Below, one piece after another: positions 36,478 to 49,741 of a DNA stretch of 64,000 nucleotides (position 1 is the first letter of the stretch; the number at the start of each line of letters is the position of its first letter). The position numbers and the translations under genes are program-made. The DNA comes from Takakia lepidozioides (lineage: Eukaryota > Plantae > Bryophyta), in the NCBI GenBank assembly GCA_030704615.1, contig CM060732.1, forward strand, positions 1,612,001 through 1,676,000. The letters run 5' to 3'. A model generated the notes under the pieces. The model made no database searches, was not told the origin of the DNA, and saw only the letters and a program-made list of their open reading frames with translations.

Positions 36478-38250
36478 GTGTAAAACAGACGTGACCAATT
36501 ATTAAATTTTATTAATTTATTTTAAAAGAATACGTCCGCCCATATTAGCGGACGCTTAAAAGTTATTATTTTTTAAATCAAGCGACCACCCACATTGGGG
36601 GTCGCTTGTAATTTAATATTTTGTTAAATTAAGCGACCGCCTATATTGGCGGTTGCCGGCAATTTATGAAGTTTTAAATGGAGCGACTGCCCATATTGGC
36701 CGTCGCTTGTAATTTATTATATTTTAAATTAAGCGACAGCCTATATTGGTGGTCGCTTGAAAATTACTAGTTTAAAAAATTAAGCGACCGCCCAAATTGG
36801 CAGTCGCTCGTAGTTTAAAAAATATTTAAAAAAATACAGCGACCGCCATTCGCCGGCCGTCACATATTTTTATTTTTATTCTAAAATGAAGCGACTGCCA
36901 AACCGTCGCTTCTTTAAATTTTTTTTAAAAATGCAGCGATCGCCAAATGACGGTCGCTCGTTTTGTTTTTTAAAATTTAGCGGCCGCCATTTAGCGGCAA
37001 TGGCTCTTTTTTTTAAGAAATTTAAATGAAGCGACTGCAACTATGGCAGTCGATTTTTTATAAAAAAATATAGGAAGCAACCGCCAATACGGCGGTCGCT
37101 CTTTTTTATTTTTTTAAATAATAAAGCGACCGCCAGTGCGGCAGTCGTTTTTTTATATTTAAAAATGAAGCGACCGCCACTACGGTGGTCGCTCATTTTC
37201 GTTTACTTATTTTAAAAATGAAGCGACCGCCATATGGGGGTCGCTCTTTTTCGCTTTTTAAAAAACTGAAGCGACCGCCAATACGGCGGTCGCTCCTTTA
37301 TATTTTATTTTATTTTATAATAATTAAATAGTTAAATTTTAAAATAAGTTTTTTTTATTAAAGAAAATGAAGCGACCGCCATACGGCGGTCACTCTTCTT
37401 CGCTTTTTAAGAAAGGGAAGCGACCGCCAATAAAGCGGCCGTTCCTTTATTTTATTTTTTGATTAAAAAATTAAAAAAAAAATTTATTTCTTAAAAAAAT
37501 GAAGCGACAGCCCGATGGCGGTCGCTCTTTTTTGCTTTCTTAAAAAACTGAAGCGACCGCCAATACAGCGGTCGCTCCTACAAGTTTTTAAAAAAATAAC
37601 ATAACGTTAATATTTTTTTAAATGAAGTTTTTTTAAAGAAAAAAATGAAGCGACCGCCCTATTGCAGTCGCTCTTTTTTTATTTTTAAAAAACTGAAGCG
37701 ACCGCCATTACGGCGGTCGCTCCTTAAATTTTTTTCTAAAAATAAATTTAAATTTAAACTATTTATTATTTAAATTTGAATTTTTAAATAAAATTTTATT
37801 TTATTTTATTGTTTTTATTTATAAAAAAACTCTGAAGCGACTGTCCTACGGCGGTTGCTCTTCTTCACTTTTTAAGAAACTGAAGTGACCGCCAATTCGG
37901 CGGCCGCTCGTTTACATTTTGTTTTCCGATTTCTTTAAAAAAAAATTAAATTAAATGAAGCGACCGCCCTTTGGCTGTCTCTCTTTTTTATTTAAAAAAA
38001 AAATGAAGCGACCGCCACTTCGGCGGTCGCTCTGTCAAGTTTTTGTAAAAAGTGAAGCGACCATCCTATGGCGGTCGTTCTTTTTTATTTGTTTTAAATG
38101 AAGCAACCGCCAATACGGCGGTCGCTGTTTTAGGTATTTGTTTTAATGAAACGACCACCATATGGTGGTCGCTCTTTTTGGTATTTATAAACTGCCCAAT
38201 AGCAATCGTTCTTTTTTGTTTTAAAAAAAAATGAAGCGACCGCCTATACG
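36478..38250 (+). repeat. L-end subterminal palindrome array
   Basis: About 30 GCGACCGCC...GGCGGTCGC units. Confidence 0.9.
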
Positions 38251-38349
38251 ACAACGACACGTTAGTTCCGAAAATTTTGCTACTTATGAACATGAAGCGG
38301 CTTCCGCTACGTAATGCTTCAGCCTCTTGGAGCAGCTCACATGTGTAGT

Positions 38350-38626
38350 CGTCTACCTTGCAAAGTCTTGGCGACCACTGCCTCCACCAAGCGGTTGATA
38401 GAGTCTTCGGAAAGCTCCATGGTCGCCGTTGGGTTTCGGGCACTTTTTGGCCATGTGCCTAGTCTCCCCGCAATTCAAGCACACCCCATCAAAGGTCGCC
38501 TTCTGCCCGCCATGTGCCGTCGCACCTATTTTTCCTTTTGGAGCACCGGGTGCCGCCCGGGCATGCGAAGGCCCTCCCTTTGATCTCCAATTGTCATTGC
38601 CGCCGTATGGCTTATCCCAACAGTTC
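38350..38626 (-). pseudogene. Gag-like CCHC zinc-knuckle fragment (partly deleted copy at ~8870-9146)
   Basis: Minus strand translates ...FDGVCLNCGETRHMAKKCPKP (38440-38481). Confidence 0.7.
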
Positions 38627-40973
38627 TAGGAGTCATACGAGATGAAACGAAATTCATCCGATTGGACAACGGATGGTTGGTCATCTAAATGATTTTTGTT
38701 TCCTTTCAAACTTTGCCAGTATGTTCGGTACGCCGTCTCACAGGTCCCGTACGAGTATGACATCAATCGAAATTTGTTAAATGGCCCAACGGACGGTTGC
38801 CCATCCAGATGAATTTGGTTTGCTTTCAGACTTTGCCAGTATGTTCAACATACCATAAGACGGGTCCCAGTGTAATATGAGATGAAACGAAATTTGTTTG
38901 ATGGGCCGACGGATGGATGCCCATCCAAATGATTTTGGTTCGCTTCGAAACTTCCGCAACGTCTTCAGTATACCGTCTCACAGATCCCTGAGTAATATAA
39001 GATGAAATGAAATTCGTTCAATGGGCCAATGGCGCGTTCACCTATAATGAAATTTCGCTCATTGCGAAAAAGAATGGCGGTCGAATGGTTGACCATCCAA
39101 ATGATTTTTGTTTGCTTTCAAACTTTGTTACTATGTTCAACATACCATGTATCAGGTCCCGGACTAATATGAGATGAAACGAAATTCATTTGATGGCTGA
39201 ACAGATGGTTGCCCATCCAAATGATTTTGGTTCGCTTTCAGACTTTGCCAGTGTGTTCAATGTACCATCTAAGAGGTCCCAGAGTAATATGAGATGAAAC
39301 GAAATTCGTCCAATGGGCCAACGGAGGGTTGCCCATCCAAATGATTTTCGTTCGTTTCGAAACTTGGCCAGTATGTCCAATGTACCATCTGACAGGTCCC
39401 AGAGTAATATGAGATCAATTGAAATTCGTTCAATGGGCCAATGAGGCGTTCACGTGTCATTCAATTTTGTTCATTGCGATAAAGAAATCCCCTCGTGGGT
39501 GAACGGGTAATGCACCCATTGAACGGATGAAGTTGAAGCCCATCTTTTGCCCGCGTGTGCTTGAATATGTGTGCAACACATGTGCGGAAAAACAAGAGAA
39601 GCAACAAACATTTGCCTCCCCAACCACGCCATCGCCTTTCCACCAATTTGTAATTAAATTGAGTTTAAATAAATTTCAAGCAAATAAATAGGTCTACACT
39701 GTCTTTGGTTGGGGTTTTCTGCTACGTAACAAATTGTTTTTTGGCTCAATCTTGTTCTCAGGCTTCAACCCTCCTACCGCCACACCCCTGCAAAACTTTG
39801 AACCAAACAAAAATATTTTTTTAAAAAAATTGTTCTCTTCGCTCACTATTGCTGAACTCTCTATAAAGAGTGCATGAAGTAGAAGACAAATCAAGTTTGG
39901 AATACAAATTAGGGAAGAAACAATGGTTTTAGGTCATAATGACTTTTGTTCGCTATGAAATTTGGCACGCACGTTGCATATGCCGTCATTAGACATATGG
40001 CTAAAAAATGGAATGAAAAAAAAATCATGTGCACCCGAAACGCCGTCCAACAGGTCCCAGAGTAATAGCACATCAATCGAAATTCATTCGATGGCTGAAC
40101 GGATGGTTGCCCATCCGAACAATTTTGGTTCGTTTTCAGACTTTGCCAGTGTGCTCAATGTACCATGTAAGAGGTCCCAGAGTAATATGAGATGAAACGA
40201 AATTTGTCCAATGGGCCAACAAATCGTTGCACATCCAAATGAATTTCGTTCGCTTCGAGATTTGGCCAGTATGTCCAATGTACCATCTGACAGGTCCCAG
40301 AGTAATATGAAATCAATCGAAAGTCATTCAATGGGCCAATGAGGCGTTCATGTGTCATCCAATTTTGTTCATTGCGAAAATAAAATCCTGTCATGGATGA
40401 ACGGCCAATGCACCCATTGAACGGATGAGGTTGAGGCCCATTTATTGCCCGCATGTGCTTGAATATGTGTGCAACACATGTGCGGAGAACCAATAGAAGA
40501 AACAAACATTTGTCTCCCCAACCACGCCCTCGTCCTTCCACCAATTTACAATTAAATTGAGTTTAAATGAATTTCAAGCAAATAAATAGGTTTACATTGT
40601 TTTTGATTGGGGTTTTCTACTGCGTAACGATTTTATTTTTTGCTCAATCTTGTTCTCTGACTTCTACCTTTCCACCGCTACATCCCTACAAAATTTTGGA
40701 CCAAACAAAAATGATTTTTTTTTAAAGTGTTCACTTGGCTCAGTATTGCAAAACTCTCAATGAAAAGTGCATGAAGTAGAAGACAAATCAAGTTCGAAGT
40801 GCAAATTAGGGAATAAACTATGGTTTTGGGTCCTAATGACTTTTGTTCGCTATGAAATTTGGCACGCACGTTGCATACGTCGTCATTAGACACATGGTTC
40901 AAAAACGGAATGATAAAAAAATCATGTGCACATAAAACACCGTCCAACAGGACCAGAGTAATAGCACATCAAA
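38627..40973 (+). repeat. 120-bp satellite with higher-order unit
   Basis: Duplicate of 9147-11604. Confidence 0.9.
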
Positions 40974-41980
40974 CCCGGTTATCAGTGTCACGTCCGTCGG
41001 CCAGCGTCAGGTCACGTCAAACCTGACGCTGACGGGACCTCCGTCACGTCAAGTTTGGGGAATATTCAGGTAAAAATAGTACCAGGTAAAATACTGCCAC
41101 TTAAGCAGCCACGTCGCCGACACGGTTGCGGTGGGAAATACATTTTAAAAATTAACAAAATGAACACGACCGCCAATTCGCTTTGTTTTTTGAAATGAAA
41201 AAAGAAATAGCGACCGCTGTATTGGCGGTCATTCAATTTTTTTTTAAAAACAAGATTGGCGGTCGCACTGGAGGTCGTTTTATTTTTTGAAATAGAAAAA
41301 GAAATAGCGACCGCCATATTGGCGGTCGCTTCAATTTATTTTTTTTAAAAGCAAGATTGGCGGTTGTAGTGGCGGTCGCTTTATTTTTTGAATTAAAAAA
41401 AGAAATAGCGACCGCTATCTTGGCGGTCGCTTCAATTTATTTTAAAGAAAAAACAAGATTGGCGGTCGCCTAATTTAAAAAAGAAAACCAGTGATTGCCG
41501 TATTGGCGGTCGCACAATTTTGTAAATATGTACAGAGCAAGCGACCGCCATATGGCGGTCGGATAATTTAAAAAATATATTAAAAAAAACAGCGATCGCC
41601 ATTGGGCGGTCGCTTAATTTAAAAAATATATAGAAAAACAAACGACCGCCATAAAATATAAAAGATTAAAAGCGACCGCCTTACTGGCAGTCGCGTTTTT
41701 TTAAAATATTAAAAATAAAAGCGACCACCATATTGGCGGTCGCTTTATTTTAAATATATTAACAAATAAAGCGACCGCCATACCGGTAGTCGCATTATAT
41801 TTTGAAATAAAAAACAATAGCGACCGCCATACGGGCGGTCGCTTAAATTTAAAAATATACAAAATAGAAGTGACCGCAATATTGCACAAAATGAAAGGAA
41901 ATAAAAGCGACCGCAGTAGTGGCGGTCGCTTGTTTTTCATATTAAAGAAAAATAGCGACCGTAGTATAGCGGTCGCTTAA
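40974..41980 (+). mobile_element. Nested hAT-like R terminus and subterminal array
   Basis: ACATCAAA|CCCGGTTATCAG, the same junction as 11605. Confidence 0.9.
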
Positions 41981-42406
41981 TTTCAAAATTACAACAAATA
42001 TGGTTGTACAGCTTTTTTCGGGTGAGCGCTATTGGTTCGTCATTTATTCATTTCACTTTCATTTCACTTTCATCCCTCTTGGATCATATATAAGGGAGAA
42101 GGGTCACCAAGCTCCTCACTTTTTTTTGGCGCAAACACTTGAGGTTGCCTTGGATGTTCTTTTCCATTGAATGAGAGTGTAGCCCAAGAGGAGGGTGCGC
42201 ACTTTTTGCCGTTGTGGCTTCCATCAAAGCCACTTCAGCAGATTGTGTATAAGCTCAACACTACAACCCACATCGACCCACTTGGGTTGCTGACAGGTGT
42301 AGAAGTGTTGGGCTATCGCATTGCACTCTACATTCACAACATGTTCATTTATAGATGACTGTTTTTTGTTGCTAGCATCGCTAGGTCCAAGGGGAGTGGA
42401 TATTGG

Positions 42407-43915
42407 GTGAAGATGAGGGAGGAATGGAGCCCTTGGTATACGACAATCCCAAACAATGTCAGTGCCACTGGAAGTGTTGAGTGCAACCTAGATGGATTAA
42501 AGTTTTCTTATCGTAAGGATCGGTTGCTCGCTCACCTCGGCTATAAAGGTGTGAAGAGCGCTGGGGTAGGTTTATGCCCCAAAGCATCTATGCGGGTAAA
42601 AAGCCATTTTACCCAGTGTGGAGGAAATATTCCAATGTCTTTGGATCTGGACATGACCTCTGAGCAGAACACTCCATCTTCCCGTCAGGATGCCCCGATT
42701 AGTATCCAGGGTGACTTTTGTGAGGCTTCGGGTGTCATTGGACAAGTGGGTTGTGCCGGAGCAACACCTGCTACAACACCTCTTTGTACCCCTATACAGG
42801 CTTGCACACGCATTGCAAATGTACAGAAACGTGATGTGGTCGGGCTTCACTCCTTCCCCCACGGAGTAGATGATTACGGCAACAATCCATGCAAAAAAGT
42901 CTTAACTTGTGTGCGAAAAGACAGTTGGATAAAAAATGGGCGCAATTTTTCTTCGAGGCCAACATACCATTTAATGTGGCAAGGCTTCCGGCATTTGTTT
43001 TTGCTGTTAGAGTAACCTCGGAGTTCAGATCCACGTACGTGCCTCCGACTTATCACAATCTCTGCACATGATTGCTAGAAGACGCTATGACCGAGCTTAC
43101 CCAAAATTTCAACGATAGGACGGGCGAGTGCCTTAGAAAATATGTAAGCACTATATGTGCCGATGGTTGGAGTTCTGTCACAAACAGACCGTTGTTCAAT
43201 GTCATGCTCGTATGTCCAGCTAGGGAACAATTCTTGGGATCGGTCGACACTAGCGGCAAGAAGAAAGATGGATGTTATCAATGCCAACTATTGACAGACT
43301 TCATCGAACAGGTCGGAAGTGATAGAATCGTGTAAATATGCACAGACAATGTCGCTAACATGAGAAACACTACAAACATGTTGTTGACACGTTATACCCA
43401 TATGTACTATCAAGGTTGTGCTGCTCATATCTTTGACCTCCTTTCGGAAGATTGGGGAAAAAAACAGTGAGTGAAACAACTTGTCAAGCAAGCGAAGACT
43501 GTTGTGTCGTTCATCCGCACACACCACATCCCTTTAGCAATATATAGGAGGCACGAACCCAAATACAGCCTCCGCAATCCAGGCGAAACTCATTTTGCCA
43601 CTAACTTCTTGATGGTGGATCGGTTGGTGACGGTGAAGAGTAGTCTGGAGCACACCATCATCGATCTTCAATGGGATACGTACACACGGATATTGCGGGA
43701 CTCCTGAAAAGCCAAGTCATTGGGCAAAAGTCGAAAAGTTCGAAATAGCATTCGCAGCGATGATTTCTGGAAGAAATGTGAAAACTTTGTTTATATGGTT
43801 GAGCCGGTGTTAATCGTCTTGCGGGAGTTTGATGGAAAGCAACCAGTAATGGGCAAGGCATGGTTACTAATGCAAAATCTTGAGAAGCACGTCCAATCCT
43901 TGAGGCATCATCCCT
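42407..43915 (+). pseudogene. hAT (DUF659-type) transposase, second copy, 3' truncated
   Basis: ANIPFN, TICADGWS, PGETHFATNFLM, FWKKCENFVYMVEPVLIVLREFDG. Confidence 0.9.
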
Positions 43916-45318
43916 TAGAGAATAAACTGTGGTTTTGGGTCCTAATGACTTTTGTTCACTATGAAATTTGGCACGCACGTTGCATATGTCGTCATTAGAC
44001 ACATGGTTCAAAAACAGAATGATAAAAAAATCATATGCACACAAAACACTATCCAACAGGTCCCAAAGTAATAGCACATCAAACGAAATTCATCCAACGG
44101 TTAAACGGATGGTTGCCCATCCAAAACATTTTTGTTTGTTTTCAAACTTTGTCAGTATGTTCGGTACACCCTCTCACAGGTCCCGGACTAATATGAGATC
44201 AATCGAAATTCATTCAAATGGCTGAACGGATGGTTGCCCATCCAAACGATTTTGGTCCGCTTTCAGACTTTGCCAGTGTGCTCAATGTACCATCTAAGAG
44301 GTCCCAGAATAATATGAGATGAAACGAAATTCGTCCAATGAGCCAACGGATGGTTGTCGAGTGTACCATCTGACAGGTCCTAAAGTAATATGAGATCAAT
44401 CAAAATTCATTCAATAGGCTAATGAGATGTTCATATGTAATCCAATTTTGTTCATTGCGAAAAAGAAATCATGTCATGGGTGAACGGCCAATGCACCCAT
44501 TGAACGGATGAGGTTGAGGCCCATCTTTTGCCCGCATGTGCTTGAATATGTGTGCAACACATGTGCGAGAACCAATAGAAGAAACAAACATTTGCCTCCC
44601 CAACCACGCCCTCGCCCTTCCACCAATTTACAATTAAATTGAATTTAAATGAATTTCAAGCAAATAAATAGGTTTACATTGTCTTTGATTGGGGTTTTCT
44701 ACTGTGTAACGATTTTATTTTTTGCTCAATCTTGTTCTCTGGCTTCTACCTTCCCACCGCTACATTCTTACAAAATTTTGGACCAAACAAAATTGATTTT
44801 TTCTTAAAGTGTTCACTTGGCTCAGTATTGCAGAACTCTTTATGAATAGTGCATGAAGCAGAAGACAAATCAAGTGTGGAATGTAAATTAGGGAATAAAC
44901 TGTGGTTTTGGGTCCTAATGACTTTTGTTCGCTATGAAATTTGACACGCACGTTACATATGCCGTCATTAGACATATGGCTAAAAAATGGAATGAAAAAA
45001 AAAAATCATGTGCACCCGAAATGCCGTCCAGCAAGTCCCAGAGTAATAGCACATCAAACGGAATTCATCCAACGGTTGAACGGATGGTTGCCCATCCAAA
45101 TCATTTTTGTTTGTTTTCAAACTTTGCCATTACGTTTGGTACACCCTCTCACATGTCCTTGACTAGTATGAGATCAATCCAAAATTCATTCGATGGCTGA
45201 ACGGATGGTTGCCCATCCGAACGATTTTGGTTTGCTTTCAGACTTTGCCAGTGTTATCAATGTACCATCTAAGAGTTCCCAGAGTAATATGAGATGAAAT
45301 GAAATTCGTCCAATGGGC
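43916..45318 (+). repeat. 120-bp satellite/spacer units including uninterrupted ACATCAAACG sites
   Basis: Empty-site sequence at 44076 and 45051. Confidence 0.88.
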
Positions 45319-45502
45319 GGAAGAAAACGCGTTACGCTGTTCATGCAATTGAAATTTACAGGTGTCGCACATGTGTATTAACAAAATTGGTGCATATACA
45401 AAATTGGCGGAGTGCTATCAGTGTATTCCAGAAATTCAAGGTACAACAAAAATCCACATTGTCTATGTACTACGTTGCTACTCATTTGAATCCTCGTCGT
45501 CA

Positions 45503-46010
45503 CTATCCGGGGACAAGGGATGTGATGTTGTGGCCTGATTTGCACTGCCAATACGGAGAGCCTGGGACCGTGATCTCGTAGTCAATGAGAAGCCAATGAC
45601 ATGTGATCAATTCTGACCAGCATCCGCTTACTTTGCGGCGAAAGTTGACTTTCTTGCAGAATCTCACGACGTGGCGAGGGTCAAAGACGTCCGTAATTCC
45701 GGCAATAATACGGTCAATACTGCGATCTGACATTGTAAACTCCGCGGACATGTCCACGTCGTTTGTTCGAATGTCATTGTGGACAGTGCCTTTATTGTTT
45801 CGAGACGTGTTTTAGTTCATCCTCTAACGTTCCAGATACTTGTTGCACCGGTGCCTCGGGCACGCCTAATATCATAGCATGGGGTACCGGTGCCTCGCGC
45901 ACGCCCAGTATCGTAGCCGGGGGTGTTCCAAACGTGTTTGGGATGTCGACGAAATGGTATTGCATCGTTGTGTTCCTCCTACTAGCAGTTTGCCAATTCA
46001 CTGGACGCAC
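45503..46010 (-). pseudogene. Diverged homolog of ORF X
   Basis: IPNTFG...TLEDEL...GTVHNDIRTNDVDMSAEFTMSDRSIDRIIAGITDVFDP versus IPDTFG...TLEEQL...GTVVHNEVRTNVVDIDAEFAMPDCSIDLIIQEVTDVLDP. Confidence 0.7.
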
Positions 46011-46075
46011 TCCACGTACAACATGGCTGCCAAGGTATACGGGATTTAGCCCTATAAGAGTGGTTCACCCCGCTG

Positions 46076-46106
<31 letters not shown>

Positions 46107-46129
46107 TTTTAATATATTTTTAAAATAAA

Positions 46130-46646
46130 ACGACCACCATATTATGGTGGTCGCTGGTTTTTTTAATAAATTTGTAAAATAAAGCGACTGCCAATTCTGG
46201 CGGTCGCTTGTTTTTTATATATTTTCAAAATTATGCGACCGCCAATACGGAGGTTGTTATTTTTATTAAAAAAAATTAGACCGCCAATGCGACCGCCAAT
46301 TTTTTTTTTTTTATATAAAAAAATTAAGCAAACGCCATGTTGGCGGTCGCTCTTATTTCTAAAATTCTGAAATATAAAGCGACCGCCAGAATTGGCGGTC
46401 GCTCTTATTTCTAAATTTCTGAAACATAAAGCGACCGCCAGAATTGGCGGTCGCTTTCATTTTATTATTTTTCAAAATGTATATGCCATCGTCACCGTGT
46501 TGGCGACGTGGCTGCTTAAGTGGCAATATTTTACCTGATATTTTTTTTACCAGAATATTCCCGGAACCTGACGTGACGGAGGTCCCGTCAGCGTCAGGTC
46601 TGACGTGACCTGACGCTGACTAACGGACGTGACGCTGATAACCGGG
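46130..46646 (-). mobile_element. Outer R terminus with subterminal arrays
   Basis: Palindromes, TGACG cluster, ends ...CTGATAACCGGG. Confidence 0.9.
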
Positions 46647-47524
46647 ATGGAGAATGCTGCCATCATTTCTTCGATGACGTCGTTAATAAAGTGAGAGCCC
46701 TTGTCACTCACTATCTCCTTGGGGCATCCGAATCGGGAAATAATGTTCTCGTAAATAAAAGAGGCGGTTACCTGGGCGTTGGCCCTCTTGACCGCCTTGG
46801 CCTTTGCCCACTTGGTCAGATACTCAGTGGCTACGATGATGTAGCGATTTTGTCGACTTGAAGCGGGGTGTACTTCCCCTACGTAGTCGATTCCCCACTT
46901 CTTAAACATAGCAAGGGGGAGAGTGGGAACTAACGGCATTCCAAGCTTGTTATCCCTTTTAGCGTACCTCTGGCAAGAGTTGCATTTTCGCACATGTATG
47001 TGCGCATCTTTGAACATAGAGGGCCAGTAATATCCTGCCCTCAAAATCTTTTGGACCGTGAGTCGCCCTGCAAAGTGTCCTCCACATATGCTGTCATGAG
47101 CTGACTCTAAAATATGGGGAACCTCCACTGGAGTGACGCATCGCCTCAAGAGTCCATCCAATCCCCTCCTATAAAGTTGCCCTCCCACAAGGGCAAACTT
47201 CATACTGCGTAATCGAAGTCGTCTTCGTGCGTGTCGATCCATTCTTGTAGGAAATTCCAGGGTGCTAAGATACTGAGCAATGTGCTCGTACCAAGGAGGA
47301 ACCGTCTCAATCGAGAATAAGAAGGCATCCGGAAAATCATCGTCGATAGGCTCATCCCCCATCTTCTCTGTCAACCGCGAGAGATGGTCGGCCTGGGCGT
47401 TCAGCCTTCCCGGTTTGTAGACTACCTTGTAATCGAATTCCTGAAGTAAAATGACCCATCTTGCTATTCTCCCTATCAAGTCAGGTTTGTTGATCAAAGT
47501 ATCGCAATGCCATGTGATCAACAA
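46647..47524 (-). pseudogene. pol: RNase H end and integrase N-terminal half
   Basis: RIARWVILLQEF, ADHLSR, H-H-C-C finger, WGIDYVG, VSDKGSHF. Confidence 0.93.
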
Positions 47525-48728
47525 AAAATGTAAATGGGGTCTCCAATAAATAATGTCGATATTTCTTCACGGCAAAAATCATTCCCAGAGCCTCTCGCTC
47601 CGTGGTGCTGTACCTAGTCTTAGCGAATGTCAGCTGTCGATTGGCGAAAGATATCGGATGATCATGGCCATCAGCGTCTGGCTGACAAAGGGCATATCCT
47701 ACCGCCACCGCTGAAGCATCAACATAAACATGAAAATGCGTGTTCCAATCCGGAGCCGCCAAGACTGGTGCAGACACCAACCGTTCCTTGAGCATTTCAA
47801 AAGACTCCTGACTCCCTGCATCCCAGGAGAATACCTGGTTCTTTCTCAATAGTCGAGTCAGAGGTAATGCCTCTGCTGCATACTTATCCATAAATTTCCT
47901 ATACCACCTTGTGTGGCCAAGGAATCCCTTCACTTTGGACGACATCTCTGGTGCGGGAAGTTCGACAATGGCGCTTACTTTTGTTGGGTCTGTCGCCACG
48001 CCGTCTCTGGACACTATATGTCCCAGGAGCAGTCCATGTGTGACTGCGAATACGCACTTCATTGGATTGAGAGATATCCCATTTTCTCTGCACTGGATGA
48101 AGCATTCTTGTAGTGCCACAACGTGATCCTTCGCATCCCCGTTGCAACAAAAGTCATCTAAGAAAATGACTAGATTCTTTCTCACAATGTCCGAGAAAGC
48201 ATACGTCATGACCCTCTGAAATGTCAGGGGTGCGTTGCACAAGCCAAAGGGCATCCTTGTGTAGGCAAATGTTCCCCAGGGTGAGGTGAATGTGGTCTTC
48301 AGCACATCTTTCGGGTCGATCAACACTTGATTGTAGCCCGAGAATCCATCCATAAAAGAGTAGAGTTCCTTCTCTGCTACCTCTTCCACTAATGTGTTTA
48401 TAAACGGCAAGGGAAAATGATCCTTGTGCATTACCTTGTTAAGGGGGCGGAAGTCCACGCATACCCTTAATCCTCCGTTCTTTTTTCGAATGATCACCAT
48501 GGGGGACACCCAGGCTGATGTCTCCACTGGAAAGATAAACTCAGCGGCTAGCAGTTTTTCGATTTCTGCTTTGATGAGAAGAGCTAGATTGGGATTCACC
48601 CTCCTTTCTCGTTGTCGTCGTGGTGTAGCTCCCGGAATCAGGGGAATAGAGTGCATGGCCACATAAGAGGGCACCCCTTTCAACTCGGTGTAGGACCACG
48701 CGAAGATGTCTCTAAATTCTTTGAACAA
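47481..48728 (-). pseudogene. pol: Reverse transcriptase-RNase H
   Basis: RVCVDFR, MDGFSGYNQ, MPFGLCNAP, FLDD, YVDAS, EREALG. Confidence 0.95.
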
Positions 48729-49174
48729 GCCCGTTGGTCAGCTAGTCTGATAGTTAATGGAGATTCCCCTGTCATGTTCAATCCTAATTTTGACAAGGTG
48801 GAGAGTGGCATGATGTTGACTGAGCTCCCATCATCCACTAAACAACGTCGTATCAGACGGTCTGCAATCTCCACTTCTATTTCTACTGGGCCCGGATCGA
48901 CATGGGCGTTAATGTGGTGGGTCTAAGCAAAAGTACCTACTCGCTTCCTCACCAAGGATGCCTTGAGCGCATGTCGGACTGTTGGTGCCAGTGCTATGAG
49001 TTGGGCAAATGTAATGTTTGCCTGAATGTGGCGCAAGTCTTCCATTAGATTATACGGCTCCAACTCATCGGTGAAGCGCATAGTGGAGTGTGTTCTCCTT
49101 TTGGGAAGCTTCGCTGGTGCTACTGGTCGATTGGCCAGACTCTTTGTTCTAGATGTCAAAAGTGGTCGAGACAT
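48729..49174 (-). pseudogene. Gag-protease linker and aspartic protease N-terminal part, followed by a deletion
   Basis: ANITFAQLI; CLVDDGSSVNIMP. Confidence 0.8.
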
Positions 49175-49741
49175 GGTTGGCCGGACTGCCAGAGATTTGG
49201 TCTCTGCAAATGCTACCTCCTTCTCTTTGGTATGGGTCCTCCCTGAGTACAGTTTCCGCCACCTTCCGTGCGTCTGACTTCATGACTTTAAAGTTCAGAT
49301 CTTCTTGTTCTGATGCCGATGTGGCTGACTCCGACGCCACATACCCAGGGCCTTTCCCTAGCGTATCTGTTGCTGTCGGGTCATTACTGCATAGCTACCT
49401 TCATCTGGGTTAGCCTGCGTAGTTTGAGTGGCGCCGAGCTCACTGGAAATCCAATTGACTTGGTGTTGCGTCTCCTGTTGACGGGACAACTGACCGGGAT
49501 GCATACTGGCCTGTTGCCGGGATGGCGCTGAAGTGGACGCCTGCTGCCCTCCCTGCACCCTTACATCCTGAGGGGGAGACCACATATTAGAAGAACCCTG
49601 GGCTATCTGAGCCGCAAGATTTGAATAGGCTGCTCGGGAATTTTGTCCCATAGCTGCATTGCCCCCAGAATATGATGGGCCTGCCTGATCTGTTCTAGGC
49701 CGTTGCGCTATCTGCGTTGGAGTAGCAAAATATATGTTATG

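Larger units (their letters stand above)
36324..46646. mobile_element. 10,323-bp hAT-like composite insertion with 8-bp TSD ATGGAGAA
   Basis: TSD at 36316-36323 and 46647-46654; imperfect TIR CCTAGTTATCA / CCCGGTTATCA; removing it restores integrase EEMMAAFSIKHRKATPY. Confidence 0.93.

Noticed and set aside
36315-46654. 9-bp TSD (GATGGAGAA) suggesting Mutator
   Set aside because: The independent ACATCAAA insertion fixes the R end as CCCGG, giving 8 bp; the transposase is hAT-type
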